64,000 bases of DNA from Cyanophyceae cyanobacterium (GCA_050331735.1 JBHJGN010000077.1:5062-69061); one strand, 5' to 3'. Shown: positions 47,128 to 57,576, numbered from the stretch's first letter. A program made the numbers and translations. Notes: generated by a model not told the origin, from the sequence alone.

Positions 47128-47394
47128 TTAGATACAGCTTGCCTCAACCCAATTTCGGATGCTTTACCAACTTCTCGCCTCCGAGGGGCGCTGTCAACGA
47201 TAGGATTTAGCGATCGCGGTGTCATTACTAGCCAGTGTCAGTAAGCATCTCTGATCTGCTCTCCCAATTTGAAAATCAGCCATCCATGAGTGATGGCCTG
47301 TATGGAGAAGTGGCAAGCATTCAACGAGAGACTCCTCTGCCTAAAGACAGAGGAAAGCTTTCTGCCTCCTGCCTTTCCACTCCTGCCTCCTCAA

Positions 47395-47712
47395 CTATCC
47401 AGCAACGCTCTGAACTTTAGTCATGGTGACCGTGAGAATGCCATCTACTAATTCAGCCCTCACGCGATCGCACTCAATCGGCATCGGTAGCGAAACCACA
47501 CGCTGAAAATAACCGTGGTGCATCTCGCGGCACACCACATCGTCCGGCGCACAGTCTCTTTCGCGGTGCTCTCCAGCAATCAAAATGGCTTCTGAACCGA
47601 CTTGAACCTTCAACTCTTTTTTATTGATTCCAGGCAGTTCAGCCTTCAAAATAAGCTGAGAGTTTGTTTCTTGCAGATCAATGGCGGGGGTCCAAGAAGT
47701 GGTGCTTGTCAT
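47395..47712 (-). CDS. Small heat-shock protein (Hsp20/alpha-crystallin family), short form
   Basis: WTPAIDLQETNSQLILKAELPGINKKELKV...GYFQRVVSLP...RAELVDGILTVTMTK. Confidence 0.8.
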   Translation of the reverse strand: MTSTTSWTPAIDLQETNSQLILKAELPGINKKELKVQVGSEAILIAGEHRERDCAPDDVVCREMHHGYFQRVVSLPMPIECDRVRAELVDGILTVTMTKVQSVAG

Positions 47713-48013
47713 AGTTCCTCCGGTGCAGCTACGGGGGGCGCTGCTTTTCGTTTTACGTTCAATCTAAAAGAAAAGTGTGAGGAAACTGTGGGGATCGTCC
47801 GCTTCTAATCATCTGTATCCCGCCAATTTCTGGCCCGCTCCTGGTCTCCCACCTTCCGACCCAACCAGGTTCTCGCTCATTACACCTTCTCAGCCATCTC
47901 TACTCGTACCTCCATCGCTTCAGGAGCGAAGTCATCTAAATCGTCAATATTCAGAATTTTTTAAGACTTATTCGTTAGCCTAAGCTACAAGTTTAAAATT
48001 AGTCTCTATCAAA

Positions 48014-49450
48014 ATGACATTTTTTCGCCGTCTCTTCGGTCGCATAAAGTTGTGGCGGCAAATCGATTCATCGTCTCTGCGGGTTAATCTTACTGTCGGT
48101 ATTGCAGCGGTTTCAGCTATTGGATTAGGAAGCGTTGCTATCTGGACTAGCTTGAGAATGCAGCATATTTTGATTTCGACTCAAAAGGAAAACGTGCGCT
48201 ATATCGCCGATCGCTTTCCTCATGATGTAGAAATATACATTGAAATGGTGTCTCTAAGGGCTGCCGTCCAAAGGGCGATCGACAATCTTACCTCTGGGAA
48301 TACCGTCCTGTGGGTGAAAGCGCCAGACGGTGAAATCATTGCTCGCTCTGCGGCGTTAGCGGTGGATAGCAACGAGTCGGCTTTACTCTCAGTCAGCCAT
48401 GTTCCTCCTTATCTAGAGGTGGAAGTGGTTAACGGACGTTCTTGGCTGTTGTGTGTGGCTTCTTTAGAAGTGGATGGAGCAAACCTGGGTCGATTCTATA
48501 TCGCCAGGGACGTTACAAACGATCAAATTATGTTTTCTGATTTGATTCTTAATTTGAGCATCGCTAGTCTGATTGCCATTGTTTGTATGACCGTGGCAAT
48601 TGCTCTCTACATCCGCAAATCTCTTCAGCCGCTCCACAAAATTAGTCAATTAACACAAATGATCTCCGCAGAACGTTTAGGAGAAGCTCATATTCAGCTA
48701 GAAAATGCCCCGAGCGAAGTCAGAGAATTGGCGCAAACCGTTGACAGTATGCTCGTTCGGTTATCAGAAGCTTGGGAACATCAGCGACAGTTGGTGAGTA
48801 ACGTTTCCCACGAGTTACGCACTCCCCTCACCATTGTGTCCGGTTATTTACAGAGTACGCTGCGTCGCGGCGATAATCTCACCGAAACTCAGCGAGAATC
48901 GTTAGAGATGTCGGCTTCAGAAGCTCAGCGCACAATTCAACTGCTGCAGGATTTGCTCGACCTGGCGCGGGCCGAAAGTGGCAGAATGCACTTGACGCTG
49001 CAACCGCTAGAAATTAATCAGATTGTGGCTGAAGTAGCGCAAGCCGCTAAACAATACAGCGATCGCCCGATCAAGGTGGAAATTAGTCCTCATCCGATTT
49101 GGGTAAAGGTCGATGGCAACCGTCTCAAACAAGTCCTTCTCAATCTGGTTGATAATGCCGTCAAGTACTCGGATCTTCAGCCGATTACGGTTAAGCTGGC
49201 AGAAGCAGACAAAACAGCGATTGTACAGGTATGCGATCGCGGGGTGGGGATTGCTCTCGCGCAGCAGGCCCGAATTTTTGAGCGGTTTTATCGCGTTGAT
49301 GAAGCCCGGAACCGAGCAGGCGGGACGGGTTTAGGATTATCAATTGTCAAAGTTCTTGTCGAAGGCATGGGCGGGACAGTGGCTGTTCGCTCCCAGCTCG
49401 GTGAGGGCAGTACTTTTACCGTGACTTTTCCAACGGTTAATCGCCTGTAA
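48014..49450 (+). CDS. Sensor histidine kinase (2 TM, HAMP, HisKA, HATPase_c)
   Basis: H-box VSNVSHELRTPLT, N-box LLNLVDNAVKYS, and G-boxes DRGVGI and GGTGLGLSIV. No adjacent response regulator. Confidence 0.9.
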   Translation: MTFFRRLFGRIKLWRQIDSSSLRVNLTVGIAAVSAIGLGSVAIWTSLRMQHILISTQKENVRYIADRFPHDVEIYIEMVSLRAAVQRAIDNLTSGNTVLWVKAPDGEIIARSAALAVDSNESALLSVSHVPPYLEVEVVNGRSWLLCVASLEVDGANLGRFYIARDVTNDQIMFSDLILNLSIASLIAIVCMTVAIALYIRKSLQPLHKISQLTQMISAERLGEAHIQLENAPSEVRELAQTVDSMLVRLSEAWEHQRQLVSNVSHELRTPLTIVSGYLQSTLRRGDNLTETQRESLEMSASEAQRTIQLLQDLLDLARAESGRMHLTLQPLEINQIVAEVAQAAKQYSDRPIKVEISPHPIWVKVDGNRLKQVLLNLVDNAVKYSDLQPITVKLAEADKTAIVQVCDRGVGIALAQQARIFERFYRVDEARNRAGGTGLGLSIVKVLVEGMGGTVAVRSQLGEGSTFTVTFPTVNRL

Positions 49451-49767
49451 TCTGCTTTGACTGGCGCGCTTGCTTGTGCTGACAATGGTTAAGTAACTCA
49501 GCTCGGATTTAATTGGGCAGTTTCAGTAGCGAGTCGATGGTGATATTGCTTGCCAAAACCCGACTCCCTTTTCCCTCGGCGATAGCTGACAATCTCGGTT
49601 AAGTCGCGAACAAAGGTGCAGGTCTCAAGATTTTCTTCAGTAAAACCAATTCTGTTTTTAAAATAGGTTGTGCTGATCGTTCAGCTCAAATTTAGGGAAC
49701 TCTTGCAAAAAGAGACGTTCTTCGCGATAAAAAGCCTTACTCTTTAAACAGACTTCTAATTGACGCT

Positions 49768-50931
49768 ATGACTTCCACGACCGTAAAAGTTCCTTTTGTC
49801 GATCTCTCTCTCCAGCATCACCCGATCCATTCTCGCCTAGAACAGGCAATGCTGGAGGTCGTTCGGCAGGGAGACTTTATCTTAGGTCAGGCGTTAACCG
49901 AATTTGAAACAGCGTTTGCTCAGGCTTGTGGAGTGGAGTACGGCGTGGGAGTGGCTTCGGGAACCAGTGCGATCGCTCTCGGTCTCCAGGCCTGCGGAAT
50001 CGGAGTCGGTGATGAAGTGCTGATTCCGACGAATACCTTTATCGCCACCGTCATTGGCGCACTCCAGGCCGGAGCTACGCCCATTTTAGTTGATTGCGAC
50101 CCCCATACGGCCCTGATCGATTTAGAAGCTGCCGCTCAAGCGGTTACCTCCAGAACCAAAGCCGTGATTCCTGTGCATCTCTACGGGCAGATGGTCTCCC
50201 CGCGTCAGCTTCTCGATTTTGCCGATACCTACAATCTGCTCGTCTTTGAGGATGCGGCTCAAGCGCATTTGGCTTATCGAGAAGGGTTTCGCTCTGGCAG
50301 CGTCGGAACGGCGGCTGCTTTTAGCTTTTATCCCAGCAAAAATTTAGGGGCGTTTGGTAACGGAGGCATGTTGGTCACTGGGGATGAGGCTCTGGCTAAA
50401 AAGGTGCGCAGTCTCCGCAATTACGGCGCTCCCCAAAAATATTTTCATACCGAACCGGGAACCAACAGCCGTCTAGATACGATTCAGGCGGCTGTCCTCA
50501 AGGTGAAGCTGCCTTACCTGCCTCAGTGGAATGAAGCCCGCTATCGGGCAGCGCAGCAGTACGACCGTTCCTTGAAATTGACCCAACATTTTCTAAGCGC
50601 CATCGAGAACCAAAGCGGCAGTGGCCACGTCTATCATTTATACGTTGTTCAACTCCATCCCGAAAGAGATCGTCAAGTCATTCAAGAGCAACTCGCCTCT
50701 CGCGGTATCCAAACCGGCATTCACTATCCCGTTCCCTGCCACCTGCAGCCGGCCTACAAATATCTCGGCTATCGGCTTGGTGACTTTCCCTGCGCCGAAG
50801 CCCTGAGTAACCGAATTTTTTCCTTACCAATGTATCCTGGCATCAGCGATCACCAAATCCAGTTTGTTTGCGAGCAGCTCTCTCTCTTGAGCGACTCTTT
50901 CCTCGGTTGTCAAAATCAAACAATTGTTTAA
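49768..50931 (+). CDS. DegT/DnrJ/EryC1/StrS-family PLP-dependent sugar aminotransferase
   Basis: GDEVLIPTNTFIAT, FEDAAQAH, and FSFYPSKNLGAFGNGG with the PLP lysine. Confidence 0.85.
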   Translation: MTSTTVKVPFVDLSLQHHPIHSRLEQAMLEVVRQGDFILGQALTEFETAFAQACGVEYGVGVASGTSAIALGLQACGIGVGDEVLIPTNTFIATVIGALQAGATPILVDCDPHTALIDLEAAAQAVTSRTKAVIPVHLYGQMVSPRQLLDFADTYNLLVFEDAAQAHLAYREGFRSGSVGTAAAFSFYPSKNLGAFGNGGMLVTGDEALAKKVRSLRNYGAPQKYFHTEPGTNSRLDTIQAAVLKVKLPYLPQWNEARYRAAQQYDRSLKLTQHFLSAIENQSGSGHVYHLYVVQLHPERDRQVIQEQLASRGIQTGIHYPVPCHLQPAYKYLGYRLGDFPCAEALSNRIFSLPMYPGISDHQIQFVCEQLSLLSDSFLGCQNQTIV

Positions 50932-50969
50932 TACTCGTCAGTACAGGCTCTCTAACCCCGGTTAATATC

Positions 50970-51842
50970 GTGCAAACTCGTAAGCTATCTCTCGTCTCGC
51001 AAAACTGGCTCAACTTCCTCATTTTGGCTTGTTTGGTGTTGCTATATGCTCCAGTTCTGGTTCACTGGTACGATGGCTGGCTTAATAAAACTATCGGCAT
51101 CGAGCACGAGTACTTTAGTCACGGCATTATTGGATTACCGTTTGCTGGCTACCTGAGCTGGATCAACCGCAAGAAATGGCGACGACTTCCCAATCAGGCT
51201 CACCCTTTCGGTGCCGGATTGCTGGTGGTGGGAGCCGCCATGTACTTGACGGGAACTCCGCAGCTAGTTAACTTGTCTTTCCCCGCGCTCTTGAGCGGGT
51301 TAGTTCTGTGGCTTAAGGGAGTCCCTGGCTTGCAGATGCACAGCATTCCGCTGCTGTTGGTGCTGCTGGCTACGCCAAACGCCATTCCCTACCTGATTAC
51401 GCCCTATACGCTGCCGCTTCAGCAGTTTATTGCCGGAACTGCCGCGTTTATTTTGCTTCAGTTTGGTCTGGAGGTATCGGTACAGGAAATCTACTTAACA
51501 GTCGGTGGCCGGATTGTTGAGGTCGCTCCCTACTGTGCTGGATTAAAGATGCTGTTTACGAGCCTTTATGTCGCTTTTATGCTGCTCTGCTGGACAGACA
51601 ATCTCGGCGATCGCCATAAGATGACGCTGCTTTTGAGCGGCACTGCGATCATTGCCGTTATTTCTAACATCCTGCGCAATACTCTCTTGACGTTCTTCTA
51701 CGGAACGGGTCAAGAAGAGCTATTTCACTGGCTCCACGATAGCTGGGGCGGCGACCTCTATTTGGCTGGAACCCTCGGTTCCATTATCCTCCTGCTCAAG
51801 GTTCTAGATTCAGGCCCGCTAGACTCTCCGCGCACCCCCTAA
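50970..51842 (+). CDS. Cyanoexosortase A (exosortase/EpsH family)
   Basis: The track ORF starts at 50868, inside the aminotransferase gene. I prefer GTG 50970, giving ~290 aa. Multi-pass membrane protein with EHEYFSHG, EVAPYCAGLKML (Cys) and LRN motifs. Confidence 0.7.
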   Translation: MQTRKLSLVSQNWLNFLILACLVLLYAPVLVHWYDGWLNKTIGIEHEYFSHGIIGLPFAGYLSWINRKKWRRLPNQAHPFGAGLLVVGAAMYLTGTPQLVNLSFPALLSGLVLWLKGVPGLQMHSIPLLLVLLATPNAIPYLITPYTLPLQQFIAGTAAFILLQFGLEVSVQEIYLTVGGRIVEVAPYCAGLKMLFTSLYVAFMLLCWTDNLGDRHKMTLLLSGTAIIAVISNILRNTLLTFFYGTGQEELFHWLHDSWGGDLYLAGTLGSIILLLKVLDSGPLDSPRTP

Positions 51843-51856
51843 GCTCTTTCGGAACA

Positions 51857-52555
51857 ATGGAAACTCCCAAATCTCGCCCCTCAAGCTTTCCTCGGCTTAA
51901 AGGTCGCTCTCGCTTAGCCCTAGCACTGCTGTTAGCGCTGTTGCTGGGCATCGCCGCTGTTCCTGGCTACTTGTCGGGAAACTGGCTATGGTCAGACCTT
52001 CCCGAGACTGATTTAACGGCGGTCAGAGCCCTTAAACAAGGACTATCGCTACCGGGTTGGGAAACCATCGACCAGGCCACTGTCCGAATCGGAAGTCACC
52101 AATGGTCTGCTCAGTTAATGAGCAACGCAGAGCAACAGGCGACGCTGTTTCTCTTACCTCAGACCTACTATCGCAATCAGCCAGAAGTAGAGTGGATGGA
52201 TGTTCGGGGAGCAGAGCGCTGGAAAACAGATTCCTCCCAGACTTTGCAGTTTTCTCTACCCCAAACCAACACGGTGACGGCGCACTTTTTTCGCGCCTGG
52301 AATCAGCGAAATACCTTTGCCGTAGTACAATGGTACGCCTGGCCCAGCGGCGGGCACTACGCTCCGGCGCGCTGGTTTTGGCTCGATCAGCAGGCTCAAC
52401 TAAAGCGACAGCGCGTTCCTTGGGTGGCCGTTTATCTGAAAATACCGATTACTCCCCTGGGAGAGTTAGAGGCTGAGCGTACTCAAGCAGAATCGTTAGC
52501 CAAAACGGTGCAGTTAGCGCTGCTTGCTGGTCCGTTGCAGCCTCCCGCTCCCTAA
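51857..52555 (+). CDS. Cyanoexosortase A system-associated protein
   Basis: An N-terminal TM anchor followed by a ~190-aa periplasmic domain. Sits immediately downstream of the exosortase, as in the described cyanoexosortase A pairing. Confidence 0.6.
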   Translation: METPKSRPSSFPRLKGRSRLALALLLALLLGIAAVPGYLSGNWLWSDLPETDLTAVRALKQGLSLPGWETIDQATVRIGSHQWSAQLMSNAEQQATLFLLPQTYYRNQPEVEWMDVRGAERWKTDSSQTLQFSLPQTNTVTAHFFRAWNQRNTFAVVQWYAWPSGGHYAPARWFWLDQQAQLKRQRVPWVAVYLKIPITPLGELEAERTQAESLAKTVQLALLAGPLQPPAP

Positions 52556-52581
52556 CTGATGTTTACGCTTCCGTTGAGTAA

Positions 52582-53796
52582 ATGATGTTTAACTTACGAC
52601 AGCGAGTCGCCCTGTCTCTAGCTAGCTTCCTGGCTTCCAGTCCTGGATTAGGAGCGCTCGCGGTGATTGGGGAGCCTAGCGTGGCTCAAACGCCGCCAAC
52701 GGTTCCTACCCTAGAACCGCCTTCCTCCATCGAGCAACCGCCACAGCCCGCGCCGCTGGTGCCTCTGCCCACCGCTCCTGACTCCTCTCCTCCTGAAACC
52801 TTTAGCCCAATTAATCCTCCCCCACGGGGATTTGAGCCCGAGCCCTTTGAAGAAACTATTCTCAACGAATTTACAATTTACCGTCTGGACGTTGGCGATG
52901 CGATCGCCGTTCGCGTTGAAGACTTTCCCGAGTTTAATTTCAATAGCGTTGTCGATCTCGATGGCAACGTCATTGTCCCGGTATTGGGGGAAGTTTCGGT
53001 CCTGGGGCTCACCTTAGAAGAGGTCGAAACAAAACTTGCCTTTGAGCTGAATCGGGCTTTTTTAAGAGAAAGACCAGAAGTCATTGCAACCCTGTCCGGT
53101 GTGCGACCGGTAGAGGTGACGATTGCCGGAGAGGTTGTCAGACCCGGTTTCTATACGGTCGGTCCTGCGTCTCGGCTGAACCAGGTGCTAACAGTGGCTG
53201 GGGGCAGTACAGAGAAGGCAGATTTGCGAAGAATTATCGTCCGCCGTCCGCTGCCTGATGGCTCTACCATCGAAACCAGTGTTGACCTCTATACTCCACT
53301 ACAGTCGGCTACCAGTTTACCATTCGTCCGCCTTCAGGGAGGGGACACGATTATTGTCTCTCGATTAGAAGTAGGAGCCGATGAAGACTATGATACAACC
53401 CTCATCGCTCGCTCTAACTTACCTCAGCAGCAGATTCGAGTGCGGGTTTTAGTTCCTGCACGTACCGGAACAGCTCTGCGAAGCGTGGCTTTACAAAGCG
53501 GCAGTACTTTTCTTGATGTGGTGGCCTCTCTTCCATCGCAGGAGCCTCTGCTGGTCGATCGGGACGTCGCGCTGCTGCGCTTCGATCCTGAGAGAGGGCA
53601 AATTGTGACCCAAGAGCTAGATGCTGAGGCCGCGATCAAAGGAGATGTGTCTCAAGATGTACCGCTGCGAGACGAAGACCTGATCGTGGTCAGCCGGACC
53701 TTATTAGGCGAAATCTTCAACGCCTTTGACACGATTACTCGACCCATCCGGACCTTCTTCGGGTTTAGACGTTTCATTGAAAATATTGTTGACTAA
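52582..53796 (+). CDS. Polysaccharide export protein (Wza-like, Poly_export + SLBB domains) with Pro-rich N-terminal linker
   Basis: YRLDVGDAIAVRV...PEFNF...VDLDGNVIVPVLGEVSVLGLTLEEVE, then GEVVRPGFYTV and a repeated SLBB-like segment. Confidence 0.75.
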   Translation: MMFNLRQRVALSLASFLASSPGLGALAVIGEPSVAQTPPTVPTLEPPSSIEQPPQPAPLVPLPTAPDSSPPETFSPINPPPRGFEPEPFEETILNEFTIYRLDVGDAIAVRVEDFPEFNFNSVVDLDGNVIVPVLGEVSVLGLTLEEVETKLAFELNRAFLRERPEVIATLSGVRPVEVTIAGEVVRPGFYTVGPASRLNQVLTVAGGSTEKADLRRIIVRRPLPDGSTIETSVDLYTPLQSATSLPFVRLQGGDTIIVSRLEVGADEDYDTTLIARSNLPQQQIRVRVLVPARTGTALRSVALQSGSTFLDVVASLPSQEPLLVDRDVALLRFDPERGQIVTQELDAEAAIKGDVSQDVPLRDEDLIVVSRTLLGEIFNAFDTITRPIRTFFGFRRFIENIVD

Positions 53797-54020
53797 GGCG
53801 GGAGCAATTCGGGACAGAAATCGAGTAAATTAATCTTAATAAACCTGATTAAATTGACCACGATTAGAACCAGCAGCAGCAATCGCCCCAGCAGATTGAC
53901 CTAATATTTGTCCAAAAGCACGAAAAAATTTATAACATTAAGGATGAGCTGCATCCAATTTAGTTCATTAAGCTTTAGATTAGCTTCAAACCAAGATAAT
54001 ATTCGCTGCCCATAACTGCT

Positions 54021-56189
54021 ATGAGTCCACCGATCGTTAAGCGCTTTCTCATTGCTCTGGAAGAAAATAAGCTGCTAGGATTACTGGTCTTTCTCCTTTG
54101 TCTAGGAGTATCTGGGATTGTGGCTCTCCAGCCGCCACCCCCCGAACCCAGACCGGTCTTCCGAGCAACCGGAGCCCTGGCTCCCACGAACGCTACGCCT
54201 GCTTTTACCAGCACGGGAAATCAGCTTCAGGAACGAGGAAAGAGAATTACTCAAAGTATGCTGCTAGCCCCGCGAGTGCTGAGAGAGGTGTCTGAGCAGT
54301 TGGATATTGCTCCCCAAGAAATGAGAAGTCTGCTCCAGAACAAGCTGATTATTGACTTTCCGGCAGAAGAGTCTGAATCTAACCAAATTACTCTCAACTA
54401 CAACGATGCCAATCCAGAAGAGGCAGAAATTGTTCTGGAAACGTTTATGGACGAGATGATCGAGTATAGCCGCTGGCTCAATACTTCGCAGTTACGCACG
54501 AGAATTGAAGCCCTTGAAGAGCGCTTAACTCAGGTCCAGCAGGATCTGATTGCTGCAGAGGAAACCTTCTATCGGTATATTAGCGGAGAAGGCTCATCAC
54601 TCCTAGCGGTTCAAGACGGAAGTTTATTTAACGGAATTACCAACAGTCAGCGACGGCAGCGCGACCTCCGGGTTGCTCTTGAAGGCATCGATGGCGAAAT
54701 CAGTACCCTGGTGGCTCAGCTCGGGTTGACCCCCGAGCAAGCCTATACCTCTGCCGCTCTCAGCGCCGACCCAATTATTAGTAACCTCCGCTCTCAGCTC
54801 TTGAATTTGGAGCTACAGCTAGAGCGTTTGCGGCAGGACTACAAACCAGAAGCTCCCAGAGTGGTAGATTTACGCAAGCAGCAGCGGGTGACGGAACAAC
54901 TTCTCCAGCAGCGAGCCTCAGAAGTCATTGGCGATGATGGCATTCTCACGCCGCTTCCCAGAATTCGCCAGGAGAGTAATTTAGATCCGGCTCGGCGAGA
55001 ACTGGCAAACCGCCTAATCGCTCTTCAAAGCCAGCGCGAGAACCTTATTCAGCAACTGCAAACGGTCGAAGATACCGAATTGGGACTGCGGCAGCAGTAC
55101 GAACAGTTTCCTGATAAGCAGGTTGAGCAAGCGCGGCTAGTTCAGGCGGTAGAAAGCCAGCGCATTCTATATCAAACAATCTTGTCGGCGCTAGTAGATG
55201 CGCGTTCTGCTGAAGCAGAAACGCTGAGCTCCCTGGCGACTGCTCAGCCACCAACTGTGTCTAGGGTCAGACCCAATCCTCCCCCCGATAGGAATCCAGT
55301 TTTAATTATTGGGGCTGGCGCTGGTGTTGGCGTCCTCGCCGCTGCGGGCGTACTCTTTTTACTAGCAACGGTGGACGATCGCCTGCACACCGAACAGGAG
55401 CTCCAGCAGGTTCTCTCCGAACGAGAAGTGCTGCTTCTGGGGCAACTGCCGTTTATTCTCAGCTACGACGATTGGGGACGGGAAACTCCCATCCTGCTAG
55501 ATTCTGATTCCAACTATCTGTCTTTTTACGAACGAGTCCGCAGCAATATTCGCCGTCTTGGCGAAGAGCCAGCCAAAGTCGTCCTAGTGACGAGTGCCTC
55601 CGACGGCGAGGGCAAGAGCGTTAGCGCCTATAATCTAGCGATCGCCTCTGCCCATGCTGGTAAACGAACGCTGCTGATTGAAGCCGATTTGCGCTCGCCC
55701 TCCAAAGCGCAATCGCTGAACGTTGAACCCGACTCAGAGGCCAGAATTGAACCCCTGCGCTACTATGCGTCTCGCAGCGATTCCATTACCCTCGTTCCAG
55801 AAGTTGAAAATCTCTACGTCCTGCCTAGCTGTGGACCGCAGCGGCAGGCAGCGGCAATCATCGAATCGAGCGAACTCCAGCGCTTACTTAGAGACGCTCG
55901 CGGTCGCTTTGATATGGTCATTATTGATAGCCCCTCCCTGTCTCGCTGCAATGATGCCTTGCTGCTAGAGCCGCTCACCGATGGACTTGTGCTAGTCACT
56001 CGACCGGGAACCACTCGCAGCAGCCTGCTCGGAGAAGCGATTGAGCAGTTTATAGAAGCAGAACTCCCGCTACTCGGAGCGGTCATTAACGATGTCGATA
56101 CTCTCGTGTCTCCATCGGAGCTCGTCACTGAAGAACCGGAAACGACAGAGGAAGATTCTGTTAATCCCCCAGTCGGGACAAGAGCCTGA
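54021..56189 (+). CDS. Polysaccharide co-polymerase / BY-kinase-like protein (Wzc/GumC-like)
   Basis: TM1, a long coiled-coil periplasmic region, TM2, then a P-loop domain: TSASDGEGKSV (Walker A), LLIEADLRSP (A'), MVIIDSP (B). There is no tyrosine in the last 40 residues. Confidence 0.75.
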   Translation: MSPPIVKRFLIALEENKLLGLLVFLLCLGVSGIVALQPPPPEPRPVFRATGALAPTNATPAFTSTGNQLQERGKRITQSMLLAPRVLREVSEQLDIAPQEMRSLLQNKLIIDFPAEESESNQITLNYNDANPEEAEIVLETFMDEMIEYSRWLNTSQLRTRIEALEERLTQVQQDLIAAEETFYRYISGEGSSLLAVQDGSLFNGITNSQRRQRDLRVALEGIDGEISTLVAQLGLTPEQAYTSAALSADPIISNLRSQLLNLELQLERLRQDYKPEAPRVVDLRKQQRVTEQLLQQRASEVIGDDGILTPLPRIRQESNLDPARRELANRLIALQSQRENLIQQLQTVEDTELGLRQQYEQFPDKQVEQARLVQAVESQRILYQTILSALVDARSAEAETLSSLATAQPPTVSRVRPNPPPDRNPVLIIGAGAGVGVLAAAGVLFLLATVDDRLHTEQELQQVLSEREVLLLGQLPFILSYDDWGRETPILLDSDSNYLSFYERVRSNIRRLGEEPAKVVLVTSASDGEGKSVSAYNLAIASAHAGKRTLLIEADLRSPSKAQSLNVEPDSEARIEPLRYYASRSDSITLVPEVENLYVLPSCGPQRQAAAIIESSELQRLLRDARGRFDMVIIDSPSLSRCNDALLLEPLTDGLVLVTRPGTTRSSLLGEAIEQFIEAELPLLGAVINDVDTLVSPSELVTEEPETTEEDSVNPPVGTRA

Positions 56190-56242
56190 TGTCAGTAACC
56201 AGCAACTAGTAACCGACGTCATGACGTTACCCTGATCGCTGT

Positions 56243-56932
56243 TTACTGATCGTTGAACAAACCGAGCAAAGGGCCCAGAAGAACTCCAAACACAAATCCT
56301 CCCGCATGGGCCCAGTAAGCAATGCCGCCAGCGTCAATATCGCTGGTGGCACCGAGGCTAGCAACGCCGCTCAAAGCCTGCTGCACAAACCAAAAGCCTA
56401 GAAAAAAGACGGCTGGAATTCTCAAGGTGGTAATGAAGAAGCCTAGGGGAACAAGCGTCAGGATGCGCGCCTGCGGGAAACGAATAATGTAGGCTCCCAT
56501 GACTCCGGCGATCGCTCCACTCGCTCCGAGGGAGGGAACGCCTGACTGCATGCTGAAAAACCACTGGGCAAGGGCGGCTAACGCCCCACAGAGCAGGTAG
56601 AAAATAATATATCGGAAGTGTCCTAGCCGGTCTTCGATGTTGTTGCCAAACACCCAGAGAAACAGCATATTTCCGCCAATATGCATCAAGCCACCGTGAA
56701 GAAACTGGGAAGTAAATAGGGTCAACCATTCCGGCACGGGCTGGTTAATGTTGTCTCCTCCAAAGCTGGCGCTCAGTTCTTCGGGAACAACGGCGTAGAG
56801 CTGAAAAAAAGCGTTTAACTGCTGAGAGTTGAGGCTCAGCTCGTGAAAAAAAACCACCACGTTAATGGCTATTAGCGCATAGGTAACGTAAGGAGTGATT
56901 CTGGTGGGATTGTCGTCGTGAAGAGGAACCAA
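56243..56932 (-). CDS. Rhomboid-family intramembrane serine protease
   Basis: FLHGGLMHIGGNMLFLWVFG, GASGAIAGVMGAY (catalytic Ser) and YWAHAGGFVFG (His). TTG start. Confidence 0.85.
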   Translation of the reverse strand: MVPLHDDNPTRITPYVTYALIAINVVVFFHELSLNSQQLNAFFQLYAVVPEELSASFGGDNINQPVPEWLTLFTSQFLHGGLMHIGGNMLFLWVFGNNIEDRLGHFRYIIFYLLCGALAALAQWFFSMQSGVPSLGASGAIAGVMGAYIIRFPQARILTLVPLGFFITTLRIPAVFFLGFWFVQQALSGVASLGATSDIDAGGIAYWAHAGGFVFGVLLGPLLGLFNDQ

Positions 56933-56960
56933 AGCTGCCTTTCCTTTTTCTACAGGTCAA

Positions 56961-56986
56961 CCCCTCTAAAGCTAGTTTTAGAGGGG
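56961..56986 (-). terminator. Perfect 10-bp stem-loop (CCCCTCTAAA-gctagt-TTTAGAGGGG) downstream of petE
   Basis: Lies 31 nt after the petE stop and before the rhomboid start. Only a short U stretch follows on the transcribed strand. Confidence 0.45.
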
Positions 56987-57016
56987 TCGATTACCAAAAA
57001 TCCACGCGGAGATTAA

Positions 57017-57427
57017 TTATTCCACAGTGATTTTAGCGACCATACCAGCGCCTCGGTGAGGCTGGCAGTAGTAAACATACTCTCCAGCAGGAGCATCATC
57101 TGGGAAAGTAGATTTGTAGGAGTCCCCGCTAGAAAACAGCAGCTTATCGTGAGAAAGATTCTTGCTCAGATCTTTAGCGGCATCGGGGACTTTGGAGACA
57201 TCAAAAACGGCGTTATGAGGAGCGAGTTTATTATTGACCCACTCTACCGTGTCCCCAGGCTTAATGGTTAAATTTTCAGGGACAAACTTGAGTTGACCAT
57301 TGTCGGTCCCCATTTTAACGGTATGAGTCTCTGCGGCAGCCGGAGCAGCGGAAAAAACGAAACTGCTAACTACAAGCAGGACCGTAGACAAAAATAAGGC
57401 TAGTCTTGACATCATTGTTGCTTTCAT
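57017..57427 (-). CDS. petE: Plastocyanin precursor
   Basis: Signal peptide, then [31 protein letters not shown] and [18 protein letters not shown] (Cu ligands H, C, H, M). Confidence 0.95.
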   Translation of the reverse strand: MKATMMSRLALFLSTVLLVVSSFVFSAAPAAAETHTVKMGTDNGQLKFVPENLTIKPGDTVEWVNNKLAPHNAVFDVSKVPDAAKDLSKNLSHDKLLFSSGDSYKSTFPDDAPAGEYVYYCQPHRGAGMVAKITVE

Positions 57428-57576
57428 TCTTTTACCTTTTGTTACAATTCTATCTTGAAATTCACTAAGAACTTAAAAAATTGCTCACGAATGAATGGCT
57501 CAGTTCAGTGCTGAGTAAGTTGACGTTTGGGAATGCGGAGGTCAGCATTGAGGACGTAGCGAATAACATCCTCGCG

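Noticed and set aside
48014-49450. Orphan histidine kinase as part of a novel system with Hsp20
   Set aside because: This is standard HAMP-HisKA-HATPase architecture. Orphan kinases are common in cyanobacteria, and nothing in the sequence links it to its neighbours.
49461-49745. Broken minus-strand reading frames (…KAFYREERLFLQEFPKFELNDQHNLF* then …GFTEENLETCTFVRDLTEIVSYRRGKRESGFGKQYHHRLATETAQLNPS*) between the histidine kinase and the aminotransferase
   Set aside because: It looks like a decayed gene fragment, but I cannot assign it to any family from memory and no ORF reaches 60 aa. BLASTX would decide. Not reported as a feature.
50868-50969. Upstream extension of the exosortase ORF overlapping the aminotransferase gene by 64 nt
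   Set aside because: The extension is non-hydrophobic filler in a different frame of the DegT gene's end. GTG 50970 gives a length typical for exosortases. The start remains uncertain.
56190-56242. Palindrome ACGTCATGACGT between the convergent Wzc-like and rhomboid genes as a regulatory site
   Set aside because: It is a single 12-bp palindrome in a 53-bp convergent gap. It is most simply a short bidirectional hairpin or a chance occurrence, and there is no second copy in the window.
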